64,000 nucleotides of DNA from Mobula hypostoma (GCF_963921235.1 NC_086097.1:174532001-174596000); one strand, 5' to 3'. Positions 48,133-62,350 are shown, numbered from the stretch's first letter. Notes: a model not told the origin generated them from the sequence alone. Numbers and translations: made by a program.

Positions 48133-50110
48133 CAATAAGACCATAAAATATAGGAGCAGAATTAGGCATTTGGCCCATCGAGTCTGCTCTGCCATTTCAT
48201 CATTGCTGATCCATTTTTCTTCTCAGCCCCACTCTCCTGCTTTCCCCCCTGTATCAATGACTTGGGCTCCATGAGATTCACTACTCTCTGGCGAAAGAAA
48301 TTCCTTCCATCTCCATTCTAAAAGGCTGCCCCTCTGTTCTGAGGCCGAGTCCTAAATCTTAGACTTCCTCAGCTTAGACGTCCTCTCCACATCCACTCTA
48401 TTGATGCCTTTCAACATTCGATAGGTTCAAGTAAGCTAACCCTTCATTCTTCTGAATTCCAGTGAGTAGAGCCCAGAGCCATTTGATGCCTTTCAATCTC
48501 AGAATCATTTTTGTGAACCTCCTTTGACCCTCTCCAATGTCAGCTCATCCTTTCTTAGATTAGGGACCCAAAACTGTTCTCAATACTCCAAGTGAGGCCT
48601 CACCAGTGCTTTATAAAGTTTCAAGATTACATCCTTACTTTTATATTCTAGCCCTCTCAAAATGAATGCTAAGATTGCAGTTGCCTTCCTGAACACCATA
48701 CTCAATCTGCAAATTAATCTCCAGAAATCCTGCACGACGACTCCCAAGTCCCTTTTCACTTCAGATTTTTGAATTTTCTTTCCAATTAGAAAATAGTCTA
48801 CACTTTTATTTCTTTTACCAAAAAGCATGTCCATACATTTCCCCACACTGTATTCCATCTGCCACTTCTTTACCCACTCTCCTAATCTGTCTAAGTTCCT
48901 CAGTAGCCTCTCCATCTCCTCTCCGTACTTGAGGAAGGATATACTGGGTTTGGAGGCGGTGCAGAGGAGGTTCACCAGGTTGATTCCAGAGATGAAGAGA
49001 GATTGAGTCACCTGGGACTGTACTTGCTGGGATTCAGAAGAATGAGAGGAGATCTTGAAGAAAAATATAACATTATGAAAGCAATAGATAACATAGAGGC
49101 AGGAAAGTTGTTTCCTCTGGTAGGTGAGACTAGAACTTTAGGACAGAGATAAGGAGGAACTGCTTTTCCCAAAGAGTGCTAAATCTGTGGAATTCTCTGC
49201 CCAATGAAGCAGTGGAGGCTACCTCAGTAAGTATATTGAGGACAAGGTTGGATATATTTCTGCATAGTAGGAAAGTAGGTGGAGATTACTCTCTGGTCAG
49301 ATCAGCCATGATCTTATTGAATAGCAGAGCAGGCTTGATGGGCCAGATGGCCTACTCCAGCTCCTATTTGTTATGTTCTTAAAACTACCTGCCCCTCTAT
49401 CTATCTTCATAGCATCTGCAAATAGCCACAATGTCATCGATTCTGTCATCTAAATCATTGACACATAATGTAAAAAGAAGTGACCCCAACACAGACCTGT
49501 ATGTGCCAAATGTCTTTGAGCTACAGCTCCAGTTCCTTAATGCATTCTTTGAGGAGCTGCTGCTTGGTGCTTCAGGTGCAGATATGGCTAGCAGTCTCCC
49601 TGAATTCCCACATGACACACAGAACAAAACACTGCCCCAGAGCTATTTTCACTGCACTAACTGTGCCCTAACAGATAAGGAATGAAAAATAAAGAAGAGA
49701 AAAGAAACTTGTCAAATACTTACCTCAGCCAAGCCTGATCTCACCTGAGCACAATGAGGCAAGGCCACTCACACAGTGGCACTCCAAGAATGGCTGTTCT
49801 GCTTGGGCTTACCTTAATTTTTATTCACCCTCTGTAATGAATCCCTATCAGTGATTGGTTGCAGTTTAACTCCCAAAAACTGCCACAAAGCACGGCTTTT
49901 TTAATCTTGAGTGCGAACCTAAGTGAAAATGTAGCTCTCTTGTTGTACTCCCACTCAGTGATCAGTCACAGTCCAAATCTGAAAAACTGCCGCAAAGCAC
50001 TGCTGTTTTAATTTTGAGTGTGATCCTAAGTGAAAGATAGCTCTTTTCTTGCACTCCTGCTTAGTGATTGGTTGCAAAACTGAAACTCCAGAAAACTGCT
50101 CCAAAGCCAT
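48133..50110 (-). mobile_element. Internally deleted CR1 (3' end, RT C-terminus, putative ORF1/5' UTR) with a second CR1 3' end inserted in opposite orientation (~48920-49380, +)
   Basis: LDRLGEWVKKWQMEYSVGKC...LYKALVRPHLEY; SVLGSLLFTLCVNDLD; Cys motif VLFCVSCG; plus-strand CR1 tail ttatgttctt. Confidence 0.7.
49849..50108. repeat. Degenerate tandem repeat, ~107-bp unit x ~2.4
   Basis: (c/t)agtgat(tggtt/cagtc) starts at 49849, 49956 and 50062, each followed by aaaactgc...caaagc. Confidence 0.8.
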
Positions 50111-53100
50111 CCTTGAACTGCTATGGCATCATCCAGTACCTTTCTTAATTCACCCCCAGTTAACTCTATTGCAGGGGATTGGGCATGCAAACTGTGGAGG
50201 GATTTCCAATTGAGTTGTAGTTATCTCAGCTCATCATGTCTCCACAATCCTTGCCCTCCTGTTTTTACCACAGATAAACCCAATTTGTTTATTTGGCTGT
50301 TGTAGTTCACTGTTACAAATGTCATTCCCACAGGAGTCAAATTGTCTCCAGTATAAGTTCTCAGTTGGACACCTGCAGTGTTCAATACAATATCTTTAAA
50401 ATGCCATGTAAACTCATCTTGTGGACTGACTGAAACAGCTGTGCCCAATTCCATTTTAATTAATTTGTCATTCACTTCTGCTGCAAGCCATATTGCTTGT
50501 CTCCTGTTAGTTTTCACACTTTAAACCACAAGGCTACACAGTCATTTGTCACATCATATATTTCATCATATATTTATCATATATTATATATTTAATCAAC
50601 AGCATGCAGATTAGTGCTCTTTTTGACACTGCATCTTGATTTTCTAGCTTTTTCTCTTCTCTGTGCAGTCCATTTACTTTTGTCTGCCCAACGTGCTCTT
50701 GGTATCTGTCTTGCTTTGATACATTTCCACAAGTTTTGCCTTTAAATGTGCATTGGTTTGATGTATGTTAGCCCATGCCACAACAGTAACACAATTTGTT
50801 CTGCCAGGGTGGTTTCTGATTAGATGCTGCAGTTTTGTTCACGGTCGCTTTAATTCCTGACTGCAACTCAGTTGAGTCTCTGTTTCCACCGACACAGTGA
50901 TTTCAACTACTTTTTTACATGTCATTGTCGTTCAGTTCAGAGCCATTTTTGAATGCTTTCTTGTAAGATTTCACACACTAAATGATCTCTCAGTGCATCA
51001 TCAAGCCTATCACTGAACTGACAATGCTCAGACACTCTCTTTCATTCAGTCACTTATGATGAAATGGACTCCCCTTCCTTTTGATTCTGCTTGTGAAACC
51101 TAAAGTGTTCTGCAATCAGCAATGGTTTTAGATCGAAGTTTTCCTGCATTATTTTCACAATATCAGCAGAGCTCATTTTGGCTGGTTTGATTGGAACAGT
51201 CAAACTTCCAAACAAACTGTATGCTCTTCCACCTATTAAACTTAGCAAAACTAGCTCTTGCTTTGTGTTGGCTATTTCATTTGCTACTAACTACTGCTCA
51301 ATTCATTCAGTACACATATTCCAGTTATCTCTTATGCAATCAAATGTGCCCATCTTTCTGATGTAGCCAGCCATGTCTGCTTTTTTAAAAAATTTATGAT
51401 TATTGTCACCCAGTACTCAGTGTTTATGAACCATGAGTTTTGCAATCTTCTTTAAACTCGAATACCTCTCTGCACTTTTGGGATTTGTCTCAAGACTACT
51501 CATCACCACTGTTATGTTTTGTAACTCCAAAGCATAAAACTAATTGAAAGAAAAAGGTGGAGTCAGGAGTTGCGTGTTGACTTCCTTTTTAACTTTAGTG
51601 ATGCATGCACATATGATGTGGTGGCATAATGATGTTTGCCATTCATGTACTTTTGCATTCAATCCCTATGAATTACCAACAAAGAAAACTTAATCAAACA
51701 ATATATTTCCAAAATTATTCAAATATTGTTGAAATATTTAATACACAACACGAAGTATCTGCCAAAGTACAGATATTTTGTATGATTTTCCTTTTTGTTT
51801 CTTAGGAATGTAACATGTATGGCACAAGTCATATTCTACAATGTGATCAACTACTCTGTATGTATGATTATTATATTATTAGTATCAAACTGGTTGGGAC
51901 TAAGAGGCACATACTGTAGAGAAAGAAATGCTTTGTCCATTGCTGCAAGTTTATTTTTTACTTAATGAAACGTTTTGTTATTTTAGCTTATCAGCTGTCC
52001 TCCAGCATAAGCTAAGTATAATTACTTTTATGAAATGTACCAAGGTTGATCTTTGCAAGTATTGGTGTTCAGAGGTTTTAGTCAATGCCTATGGAATGCC
52101 ACCACTGGAAATTTCAGATAACACAATATAAGCATTGTCAACCTCAAAATGTTCCTTTCTTCTTCAATGCTCAGTGTGGGATTTTTCATCTAAAAGTTCA
52201 GAACTTGTTTTTTTTTCAGTTGGACTGTCCAATAACAACATATTACATATGCATGCAAGAAATAGTGGCAGAAACAAAGTGCCCTGTGGTCAACATCAGA
52301 GTAAATTGCACTTAACAAAAAAATGTGTTGCCTTATAAGAGCTCTCCATGCAGGATACGTGTGTATTCAGCAATTTTTATAACATTCTGCACTGAAATAG
52401 AGAAAACCTTTTTTTTTTGTTGTCAGCTTAGATGCTTTGATTTCAGTTAATATGTATTAAAGACATATTGATCCTTGGCTCAGGATATCCATGCCAACCA
52501 TCAAGTACCTGCCTATACCAAGCCTCCATTTCCAGCATTTGCTCTGTAGCTTACTATACCTTGGTTGGATGATGAATGGAAATTTGGTAATGGTATATAA
52601 ATAAGTACTAAAACAGATAAAATAACAAAATTACTCTGTTTAGAGTGTATAGACTTTGGGATGGATTTTGTTGAGTGGTCCTAGGTCCGTCTCTTCCTCC
52701 CCGCCCCCCTCACCGACAGACACACATGCAAAGAAAAAGCTATAAAGCTACTTAAACATGATTATGAGAATTGTAAAATGTGAATATTGGGTGTCTAGCA
52801 ACTAATGTGGGACTACAAACCAATAGCAGGTTCATAAATGTAGGAGTGATGGACAACAGGTTTGGGTGCAAGTGGAAAAAGTTGGTGTACCCCAGTTTGC
52901 AGAGCACCGTGGTTGTCCAGAATTGCAAACTTCTGTCTGGCTGTGATAATTGGATAAATTGTTTCAACAGCATATGAGAGTGAGTTAGGAGTAGTTTGAA
53001 TTTGGAGCCATGGATTTAGTTGATTCCAAGACTGAAATATTCATGGGATTTGCAGTTCAGAAAAAAAGGTATTAAATGGGATGGTAAGGTTTGGAATGGT

Positions 53101-55009
53101 CTAGTTGAAGTTGACTCTATCACCTGTCACTTGCAACCGTGTACTTGAGACAGAAAGGATTACTTCAGTCTTTACAATTTTTGATAAGAGGAAGTTGCAA
53201 CTCATCTACGACTGGATATCAGACAACGAGTCTGATAGCACAGACAATGAGCAAATTGAAAATGAGTGGAGAGCTGGATGCTGTCAGAATACTTGTCATG
53301 TCTATGTCTATGCCTGCTTGATATCTTGATTTAAAAAAACCCATAAAACAGGCAAAACACCTATAGTCAGATGTTTTAGATTTAATAAAATAAGTGTATT
53401 GCATCTAGTTGTGTCATGTGTGTGTAATGTCTTGGTACTGCTGTTCAATGGCCAATAAAAACAAGTTGGCGAGCTTCATATCATGTGGGACACTTATAAC
53501 TGGCAGTGGCTGCAAAACTAGCGTTAAAATATGCCTTGGAGCAAACAGTCATCTGTTTGCCTTTTAAGTTAAGGAAACTGAATGGAAGTAGGAAATGCAG
53601 GAATGTAAAGATGAAATAAATTTTAAAGAAGGCAAATAGTTTTAGCTGTTATACTTCTTGGAATTCAAATTAAATTCAGATATAGAAAAGCTATCATAAA
53701 ATCAAAATGCAGTGATTGAAAAGTGTTCTTAGCATTCACATTTGGTTTGCATTTGATGTTCAGATGTTTAGTAAGCCACTGGTTTGAGTTAGAACATCAG
53801 AGTGTACTTGGTTCATTTAAAAATAATTGATCATCTATTTTTGCTGTTCAGTTCATGAATCCGAAAGCCGTTGATGGTATATGTGAGCCTTGTGATTTTC
53901 CAGTGAAGTATTCATAATATTATTTAATTTGTGATCTATTCCAATAATTAAACAGAATTTAATACAATCATAAAATTTAATAGTTGATGTCTTATAGGCT
54001 AATAAAGATTGATCTAACCTGATTCTACTTCCAGCCCTTGGCATTCAGTCCTGAAGATTGTGTCATTTTGAGTGCATATCCAATTACTTTTCAATGTACT
54101 GAAAGTTTGCCTCCCTACTACCCTTGTAAATGTTCCCATAACTCTACTTTAATTCTTAAACCAATGTTTATCTTTTCTTCCATAATTTATCCTCCCCATC
54201 CACTCCATGAAAGCCTATCATAATTTTTTGCAACTCAGATACATCTCCCCTTCACCTCTTCTGTTCCTAAGAAAGGACTCCAGTCTATCGAGGTAGCATT
54301 TTTTGGAAATAGGAATAGTGTTAACATTTCAGGTTGAAGGGCCTTTTGTCACCCAAGGGTCTTCAACCTGAACTGTTAATTGTTTCTCTTTTCACAGATA
54401 CTACGTGTTCTGCTGAGCATTGTCTGATTTTATTTCAGATTTATACCATCTGTGCTTTTTAAAATTTATTTTCATTTCTCATAGCTAAATTTCAGTAATG
54501 ACTATATCCAATGCTGTATCCATTGCAATCATGTCTTGCTTTCAATGCCTAACGACACCTAAGCCTAACTGTGGAAAAATGTTCATGCCACTGTATTTAG
54601 GGCATTAGCCCTCTACTATCCAACCAGTTCATTTTTATTTTTTTGACTTCATGCTCTCCCCAAATGCATAACTTCATACTTCTCGGCATGAAATTTTCTC
54701 TGCCCATTTTTTACCCACTTTTCTCTGCCCATATTTTACCCACCTGACAGGTCCAGTATAGTCTGCAGCTTTCTTCATATTATCAACCAGGCAGCTACAT
54801 TTTTTTTATTATCAAAAACAAGTGTAATTCCGCTCCCTAAATTTCAGTAGAAAGGAGCCTTCATGGAAGTTGATGGAACTCTAACTGAAATTGTCTTCTG
54901 TCTCTGCAGCTTTGTATGTTGTTACTGTCCCACTTGCCACTTCCCCTTGGACCCCATTGTTTTTACATCATTTACCAGGACACCATGAAACTAATCATCC
55001 CGAGTCTCT

Positions 55010-56845
55010 CTATAACAGATCCTTGCTAGCGTTTTGGTATGTCACCAAAGTCTCAGGAAAGTTTCCACAGATGTACAGCAAAGAGCATTCTGCCTGGTAT
55101 GGAGGCTCCAGTGCACAGGATCGAGAAAAGCTGCAGAGGTTTGTAGACTCAGCCAGCTCTAGCATGGGTATTAGCTGCCCCACCATCAAGGACATCTTCA
55201 AAAGACAATGCCTCAAAAACGCAGCATCCATCATTCAGGACCCCCACCCTGAGAACCTTTTATCAGACTAATGATAAAATAAGTCAAAGTCAACATGGTT
55301 TCTGTAAAGGAAAATCTTGCCTGACATATCTGTTAGAATTCTTCGAGGAAGTAACAAGCAAAGGAGAGATAGTGATTGTCATTTACTTGGATTTTCAGAA
55401 GGAATTTGATAAGGTGCCACACATGAGGCTGCTTAACAAGATAAAATCCCATGGCATTACAGAAAAGATACTGGCGTGAATAGAGGAATGGCTCACTCCA
55501 GGCAGGAGGCAGTGAGCTGGAATAAAAGGGGCCTTTTCTGGTTGGCTGCCAGTGACCAATGGTGTTCCTCAGGGGTCAGTATTGGGATCACTGCCGTTCA
55601 CATTGTTCGTCAATGATTTGGAAATTGGAATTAATGGCTTTGTGGCAAAGTTTGTGAATGATATGAAGATTGGTCGAGGGGTGGGTAGTGCTGAGGAAGC
55701 AATGCGATTGTTTCAGGACTTAGACAAATTGGAAGAATGGGCAAAAAGCGGCAGATGGAATACAGTGTTGGGAAATGCATTTTGGAAAAAGAAACAATAG
55801 TGTGGACTATTATCTAAATGGGGAGAAGGTTCAGACATCAGATCTGCAGAGGGACTTCGGAGTCCTCGTGTAAGACTTGTAATGGTTAAATTTACATGTT
55901 AAGTCTGTGTTAAAGGCAAATGCAATGTTGGCTTTTATTTCAAGGGGAATAGAATATAAAAACCAAGAGATAATGCTGAAGCTTTAATAGACACCAGTCA
56001 GGCTGCACATGGTGTATTGCCAACAGTTTCGGGCCCCATATCTCAGAAAGGATGTGCTGCTATTGGAGAGTCCAGAGGAGGTTCACGAGGATGATTCCAG
56101 GAAAGAAAGGGTTAACATTGGAGGAGCATTTGACCGCTTTGGACCTGTACTCACTGGAATTTAGAAGAATGCAGGTATCTCATTGTATCCTACCTAATGT
56201 TGAAAGGACTAGATAGGATGGATGTGAAGAGGATGTTTCCTATGGTGGGGGTACCCAAAACTAGAGTGCACGGACTCAAAATTGAGGAGTGACCTTTTAA
56301 AACTGAGGTATGGAGGAATTTTTTTAGCCACAGAGCAGTGAATCTGTGGAATGCTCTGCCACAGACTGGTGGAGGCCAAGTCTATGAGTATATTTAAGGG
56401 GGAAGTTTATGGTTTCCTGATCAGTCAGGGCATCAAAGGATATGGCAAGAAGGCAGGTGTATGGTGTTGAGTGGGAATGGGATTAGCCATGATGGATTGA
56501 TAGAGCAGACTCGATGAGCTGAATGGCCTAATTCTGCTCCTATCTCCTGTTGTGTTATGGACATGTCCTCTTTTCATTACTACTATCAGGGATGAGGTAA
56601 AGGAACCTAAAGATGCACACTCAACATCTTACAAACAGCTCTTGTCCCTCTGACATCAGATTTCTGAATGGTCCCTGAACATTACTTCACGATTTTGCTC
56701 TCTTTTTGCACTATTTTAAAAATTTTTTTTAATATATTTCTTATTGTAGCTTATCATAATTTTTGTAATGTATGGCACTACACTGCTGCTGCAAGGCAAC
56801 AGATTCCATGACATATGTCAGTAATAATAAACCTAGTTCTGATCC
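55010..56845 (+). mobile_element. Rex1-type LINE 3' end interrupted by a CR1 RT/3' fragment (~55255-56560)
   Basis: AWYGGSSAQDREKLQRFV...AASIIQDPHP resumes at catgtcctcttttc (~56562); the insert has NGVPQGSVLGSLPFTLFVNDL and a CR1 tail. Confidence 0.8.
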
Positions 56846-59800
56846 ATGCTGCCTTCGATTAATCTAGTGCTTTTCAAATGATGTCTAATATTGCAACCCA
56901 GTATTTTTTGATTTATTTATCTAGCACTGACATCATGCCAAATGACCTGTAATTACTTGGACTATCCTGTTCTCCCTTTTTAAACAGTGGTGCCGAGTTA
57001 GTAGTCCTCCAGTAATACACCAGCAATGGAGTATTGAAAAATGATCTTCAGACTCTGGAATATGTTTGCCTTGATTCTCTTAAGAATCTAGGATATATTT
57101 CTGGACAGACAGTTCAATCTACTTACAAATTTGCTAAGTAACTTAATATTTACTCCATCATTTTTATCCTCTTAAAATTTTACCCAGGTCTTCCTTAGGT
57201 AAATTATTTAAATGATTCCACTCTTCTAAAGATGTGTGAAGCCATACACAAGTCTTCAGTCTCTATTCATGTGATTCTTTGGTATCAAAAAGGCCCAACT
57301 CTTTCCACTGTGATCTCCTTGCTCTTCATGTATTTATAAAATAACTTGCTTTTAATTTTTTAATAACCGCTCTATACTTTCAGTTTTGGGCTTCCTACAG
57401 CATTGAAGTCCGGGTACCTTACATATCCTTCTTTTACCTTTGTTCTGCTCCATTCCAGACATTCATAGGTTTTAAGGTTTAGGGTCTTAACAGTTTTGTA
57501 ATAACATGTTTGCTCTGAATCTCTTTTCTGTAGAACCTGAATGTCTCTCACAGCCCTGACATTGCTGTCTTTCCAACCAGTTTCAGTTTACTTTTGCTAA
57601 ATCATAGGCTACAAAAACTGACACGTATCCAACTGTGATTTTTTTAAACTCCTGGTTAATTTTTCTTTGTATTGACTTATTTGTTAGATTTACACCATGC
57701 AGCACCAAATTAGGAAATGAGCTTTGAAGCAAAGTGAATCTTTTCCTTTGTTTTTGACCCTTAAGAATATTAATTCTCATGGGGTGTATTTCCAGATGTC
57801 TGTTTACGCAGCACTTTTCTGACCACATGTTATTCTGTTCTGTGTTATTACCATGACTCAGTTAGTATTATTTATTTAGCGATACAGTGTGGAACAGGCC
57901 CTTCTGAACCAAAGAGCTGTACCTCTGTGCAAGTAGCTCTCCTGGCTCTTAGCTAATGGATTAAATCAAAATACACAAAGGCTGACACTGTAGTACTGCA
58001 GTGAGTACTGCACTGATGTCTGTCATTTAAAGTTGATAAGATGAGATGATAATTTGTTCCCCTGGATGGACAATATTTTGAAAAGAGCAGGATAGTTGTT
58101 TCTGTTGTTTCACCTGTAATTATTTCTCTCTCAACATAACTAAAAGAGGTAGGAGGTGGAATAAATTATATAGCAGCCCCTTAGAGCTCTGTCATTTTAT
58201 AAGATCATGGTTGATAGAACTTTCTTCATCCACTTTCCCATCCTATACCCATAATGCTTGATTTCCTTACTGATGATAAATCTCCTAGTTTTGAGTATAC
58301 TCAGTGATTCAGCCTGCATTTATTATCCTAGATTGTTCCACAACCATGCACTGAAGAATTCTCATAGCAGTTATCAAGTCACTGAAACCCACATAAACCG
58401 ATATTGTTCAATAAGTTTGTCTCTCATTTTTGTGAATTCCAGTGAATGCAGATCTTCAGCATAAGACAATCCATTTATATTCAGGACCATCCTTGTGAAT
58501 CTCCTCTGAAATACCTCCTGAGGCAACATTGGTGGTATCTGTCCAGTACTCTGCTGTGCTTTCTGTGATAGACGAGCTCTCAGAAGCAAATAGGAGGCCA
58601 AGGAGCACTGCTGCCCAGTGGATCCTAAGTTTTGTTTCAAGTCTAAAGTTTTGATCTTAAAAGATCCTTTTCCTTAATCACCAACAATTATGCTGACACA
58701 TTGAGGACAGCTATGAAATTAATATTAACATTACTCTTTGACAAGAGGTTGCACCCAGGGTACTGGAAGTGGTTTGTGTTTTTTGGGATGTGAGCCATTA
58801 TTGCCAGAGAGCAGTAGGGATTATTACATTCCAGCATAGATAGGTTCAGCAGATATTATTGATTGTAGGGTACTTTGATGTATCATAAAAAGTGCTTAAT
58901 AAAGATATTTATCTTTCTTCAGATTTTAAAATAGTAGTTTGCAGGATACAAGCTACTTATCTTTGAAAACTTTGAGGTGTTATGATTTTGCATCATAGAT
59001 ATCTGCATAGTACTTAAGAAATTGCATATTTTGTGGCTTTTCTGTAACATTTGTTAAATATAGTAAAGGAAGTTTTCATAAACTGATTTATGATTTTGCT
59101 CATGTATCATCCCGATGCTGTTTTCCTTATAACTCAATTCCATCTTCCTGTGTATCTGAAATGTAAATACATAAGTGTACATTAAAAGCATTTTTAAAGA
59201 TCAGAGAAAGTGACAATGTTGACTATCATTGTAATGATAATTAATGTTTCTCCACCTCCAATATAGTTCAACTGCTCTGAACTACCTTCCAATCTCTGAC
59301 TACTCCACTGCAGCCCCATGCAATAAGACTGAAATATCATCTGTGCAAAATACAAACACCGTAATCATTTTCAACAAATATAAGTCATAGGGATACAATG
59401 ACAAAGGGAGGTGAAGATCAAAAATATAAATGTGGAAGGAAAATTTCCCTATTTTCTTAAAGACTGCTTAGCATGGTAGGTGACTCCAATAATTGCCTGC
59501 CACTGGTGTCTGATAATAGCTGATGTTGGAAAAGCATGTCACAGAAACGGCTGTGAATTTTTCATTGAGATTAGTGTGAGCATCATGCCTGCCACAGACC
59601 GCAAAATCTGGGCCATTATTTCCATGGTAATTTTATTAACTCAGTTATCCAGATGTACTTACCGCATTTAGCCACAGGTTGGCTCTATATGGACAACTGA
59701 GTTCTCTTATCGAAAAATGTTGAATAGTGACCAACCAGTAACACAGCAAATACCAACATTTTGGGTAACAAGGGCAATTTACCAAAGTTATAAAGAGCAA

Positions 59801-60659
59801 CAACAACCAAAAATTTCTGACAAAATTAAATTGTTCTTGGACTTCTAAAGAAGGTGATAAACCATTCCAGCTTTTATCTCTCTAACATATGGTGTAACAT
59901 TCAATTATTAGTGATTTGTATGGCTCTCTTGTAATTATGTTGCTGTATTTGCCTTAAAGTTATATAATTTGACCTTGGGATTACAGAAGGATGAGATAAA
60001 ATGGCTGTAAGGCCATATTCATCTATATTGCCAATAAACAGAAAACAATTATGTTAGGCAGACTTGAAAATGAAAGAATTAAGTGCAGTGCTTAGTATTT
60101 GTTTTAGATTCTGCAGCTTGATGCAAGGAAGTTTTTAAAAGACAGTTATATATCTATCTATTTATCTGTCTCTGGGCTTTTGGTTGGGTGAATGGCAGTA
60201 GTGATTAAATGTGTAAACTGAAGAGATATTATTGGCTTAAAAAAAAGATGCTGCCTTCCTGGATGGTAAGTCTGAGCTACTAAATTATTAGGAGCTTACT
60301 GACTGCCGTATCAAGAATTTAGTAGAGTTCTGTCTAACTACCGGCTGCACACTTAAATCTAAGGTCATCAGTATGACTAGCTCTGGACAAGCAAAATAAG
60401 AATGCTGTTCTGAGCTTTATTATGGCAAGAGATTTCTAGGAGGACAGAGAAAATTATGCAGCACCTTCACTGACTCACAGGAATTCTTAGCCTATGATTG
60501 CTCAAAATAGTGAAGGTACTCCCAGGAGGGCATTGAGCACCTCCCAGGTGCATACAAAGACTATACACAGAAGTGGATACTGTTTCAATTTTTTTCAATA
60601 TTTGAAACAAGCACATTATTTCAGTAGCTTTCCATCTGCCCTGCCTGTGCTAAAACTTT

Positions 60660-61050
60660 GAATGGATGTGTGGGATCATTGATAATGCTAAGGGCCCTGT
60701 GCATGGAATGCTCCTGATGGGTAGAAGAAAGACTCCGATGATCCTCTCAGCAGTCCTCAAAATCCTTTATAGGGACTTGAGGTCAGATGCCTTGCAATTC
60801 CCATACCAGACAATACTGTAGCTGGTCAGGACATACTTAGTGATGCTCCTGTAAAAAATGCTTAGAGTGGGTGGGAGGGGACCTTGCACACTTCAGTCTT
60901 CTCAGGAAGTGGAGACACTGCTTTGCTTTCCTGACCGAAGAGGTGGTGTTCAGGGACCAGGTGAGATTGGGCATCAACTGCACTCCCAGAAATTTGGTGC
61001 TGCTAACTCTCTCCCTAGAAAAGCCACTCCAGCAGTGATGAGAGGACTGT
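60660..61050 (-). mobile_element. Rex1-type LINE fragment
   Basis: Clear similarity to 5160-5530. Confidence 0.7.
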
Positions 61051-62270
61051 GTTCCTTTCCTTTTTCCTAAACTACAGTTTAAACTCTGTTCTTTTTAGAC
61101 ATCTTCTGTTTCCAAGCAAACAGCATTCCTCTGGGTCCAATTCCAAACACTTTGCTTGAGTAGGCACTGAAAACGTTCACAATCCTTTACCTGCTTTGTG
61201 ATTTTGTCAGGCAAACTAATGTAAAAGCTGAGAGAAATTAAGGTTGTTCCATCTCTTCTGACATCTCTGTTAAAGGGAGATACAAGCTGTACTTGGCCAA
61301 CCTTCTGAAGAATTTTGTGTCACTCAGTAAGGATAGTAACTCAACTGATTGCAGCTTTCTCCTATGCATGTTCATATGAGTAGACATTTATTGCTGGTTA
61401 ATTACATAATGGTTTTTTTAAAGTTTTTAATAAATATTATTTGCTTTGCACTAAAATACAATTTTGTTTGTCATTTTCAACCATTAAACAGAAACTTAAG
61501 CTGACTGTGTTCTGGCTCATGCCTTTGGCATAATTCACAATTTCAAATGGTAGTTTCATTTAGAGAAGAGTTCAAGTGTTTCCTCTTGAGATTTATGATT
61601 TTACAAGATAACAAATGTGAAGCTATGCCTAAGATTCAACTTGCATTCTGCGGCAGAAATTTCACACATTCACTGTTGATGAGACTTAATGCAGAATTTG
61701 AAGATTACGTAAAAATTTGGAACAAACAGATCCTTCTGTTCCTCAACATTCCTTAGTTCCCTACCACTTACTATATATGCCTCTGTTTGACTTCCCAAAA
61801 TCTATTATCTAGCATTTTTGCCTCGTGTGACTCCATTTATCTTGCGCTTGTCAGGATTAAATTATCTCTGTCAGTGCTCTTCTCAACTTTCCATGTGATT
61901 TATATCCCACTATAGCATAAGGTATCTTTTCTTGCTGCTCACAATATCACCAGTACAGCCCTCATATGGGCAACTGGGATTTGTGTAGGCAGGCATCGTA
62001 GTGGGCATTGACGAGTTGTGCTGACGGGCTTCTTGTTGTACTATGCAAATCTGACTCAATCCAAGTTGTTAGCAAACAACAAGGGTTTCATCACTGATCT
62101 TTGGATCGCACTGTCAGTCATAGATTTCCAATCAGAAAAGAAACCACTACCCTCTGCCTCCCATCATGAAGCCAGTTTTGATTCCAGCTCACTACAGATG
62201 CATGTGGCTCAATTTTCTCAACCAGCATTGAGGGAACCATATCAGCTACTTTACTGAAGTCCTTATAGAC

Positions 62271-62350
62271 CAGGGGTCCCCAATCTGGGCTCCATGAACC
62301 CCTTGCCTAATGGTATTGGCCTATGGCATAGAAGAGGTTGGGAATCCCTA
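62271..62350. mobile_element. ~80-bp hAT-type MITE (copy 3) within decayed minus-strand CR1 sequence
   Basis: caggggtccccaat...gttgggaatcccta; 8-bp flanks ttatagac / gtttagac resemble a Charlie-type TSD. Confidence 0.7.

Larger units (their letters stand above)
45523..51750 (-). mobile_element. Fragmented Gypsy-type LTR retrotransposon with nested Penelope, Tc1 and CR1 insertions
   Basis: 5' LTR 51510-51750 (TG...CA) followed on the minus strand by PBS-like TGGTGATGAG; gag (LLSLIGGRAYSL...IAEHFRFHKQNQKEGESI); protease (IKMELGTAVSV); RT (FSKVDFAEAYLQLEMDEESK); second LTR remnant at 45523-45600. Confidence 0.8.

Noticed and set aside
45518..51755. TSD for the Gypsy element (tcaag / cgaag)
   Set aside because: Only 3 of 5 bases match; too weak to prove both LTRs belong to one insertion.
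58820..61135. TEAD-like CATTCC motifs suggesting Hippo feedback regulation
   Set aside because: A few 6-mers are expected by chance; no clustering or conservation evidence is available.
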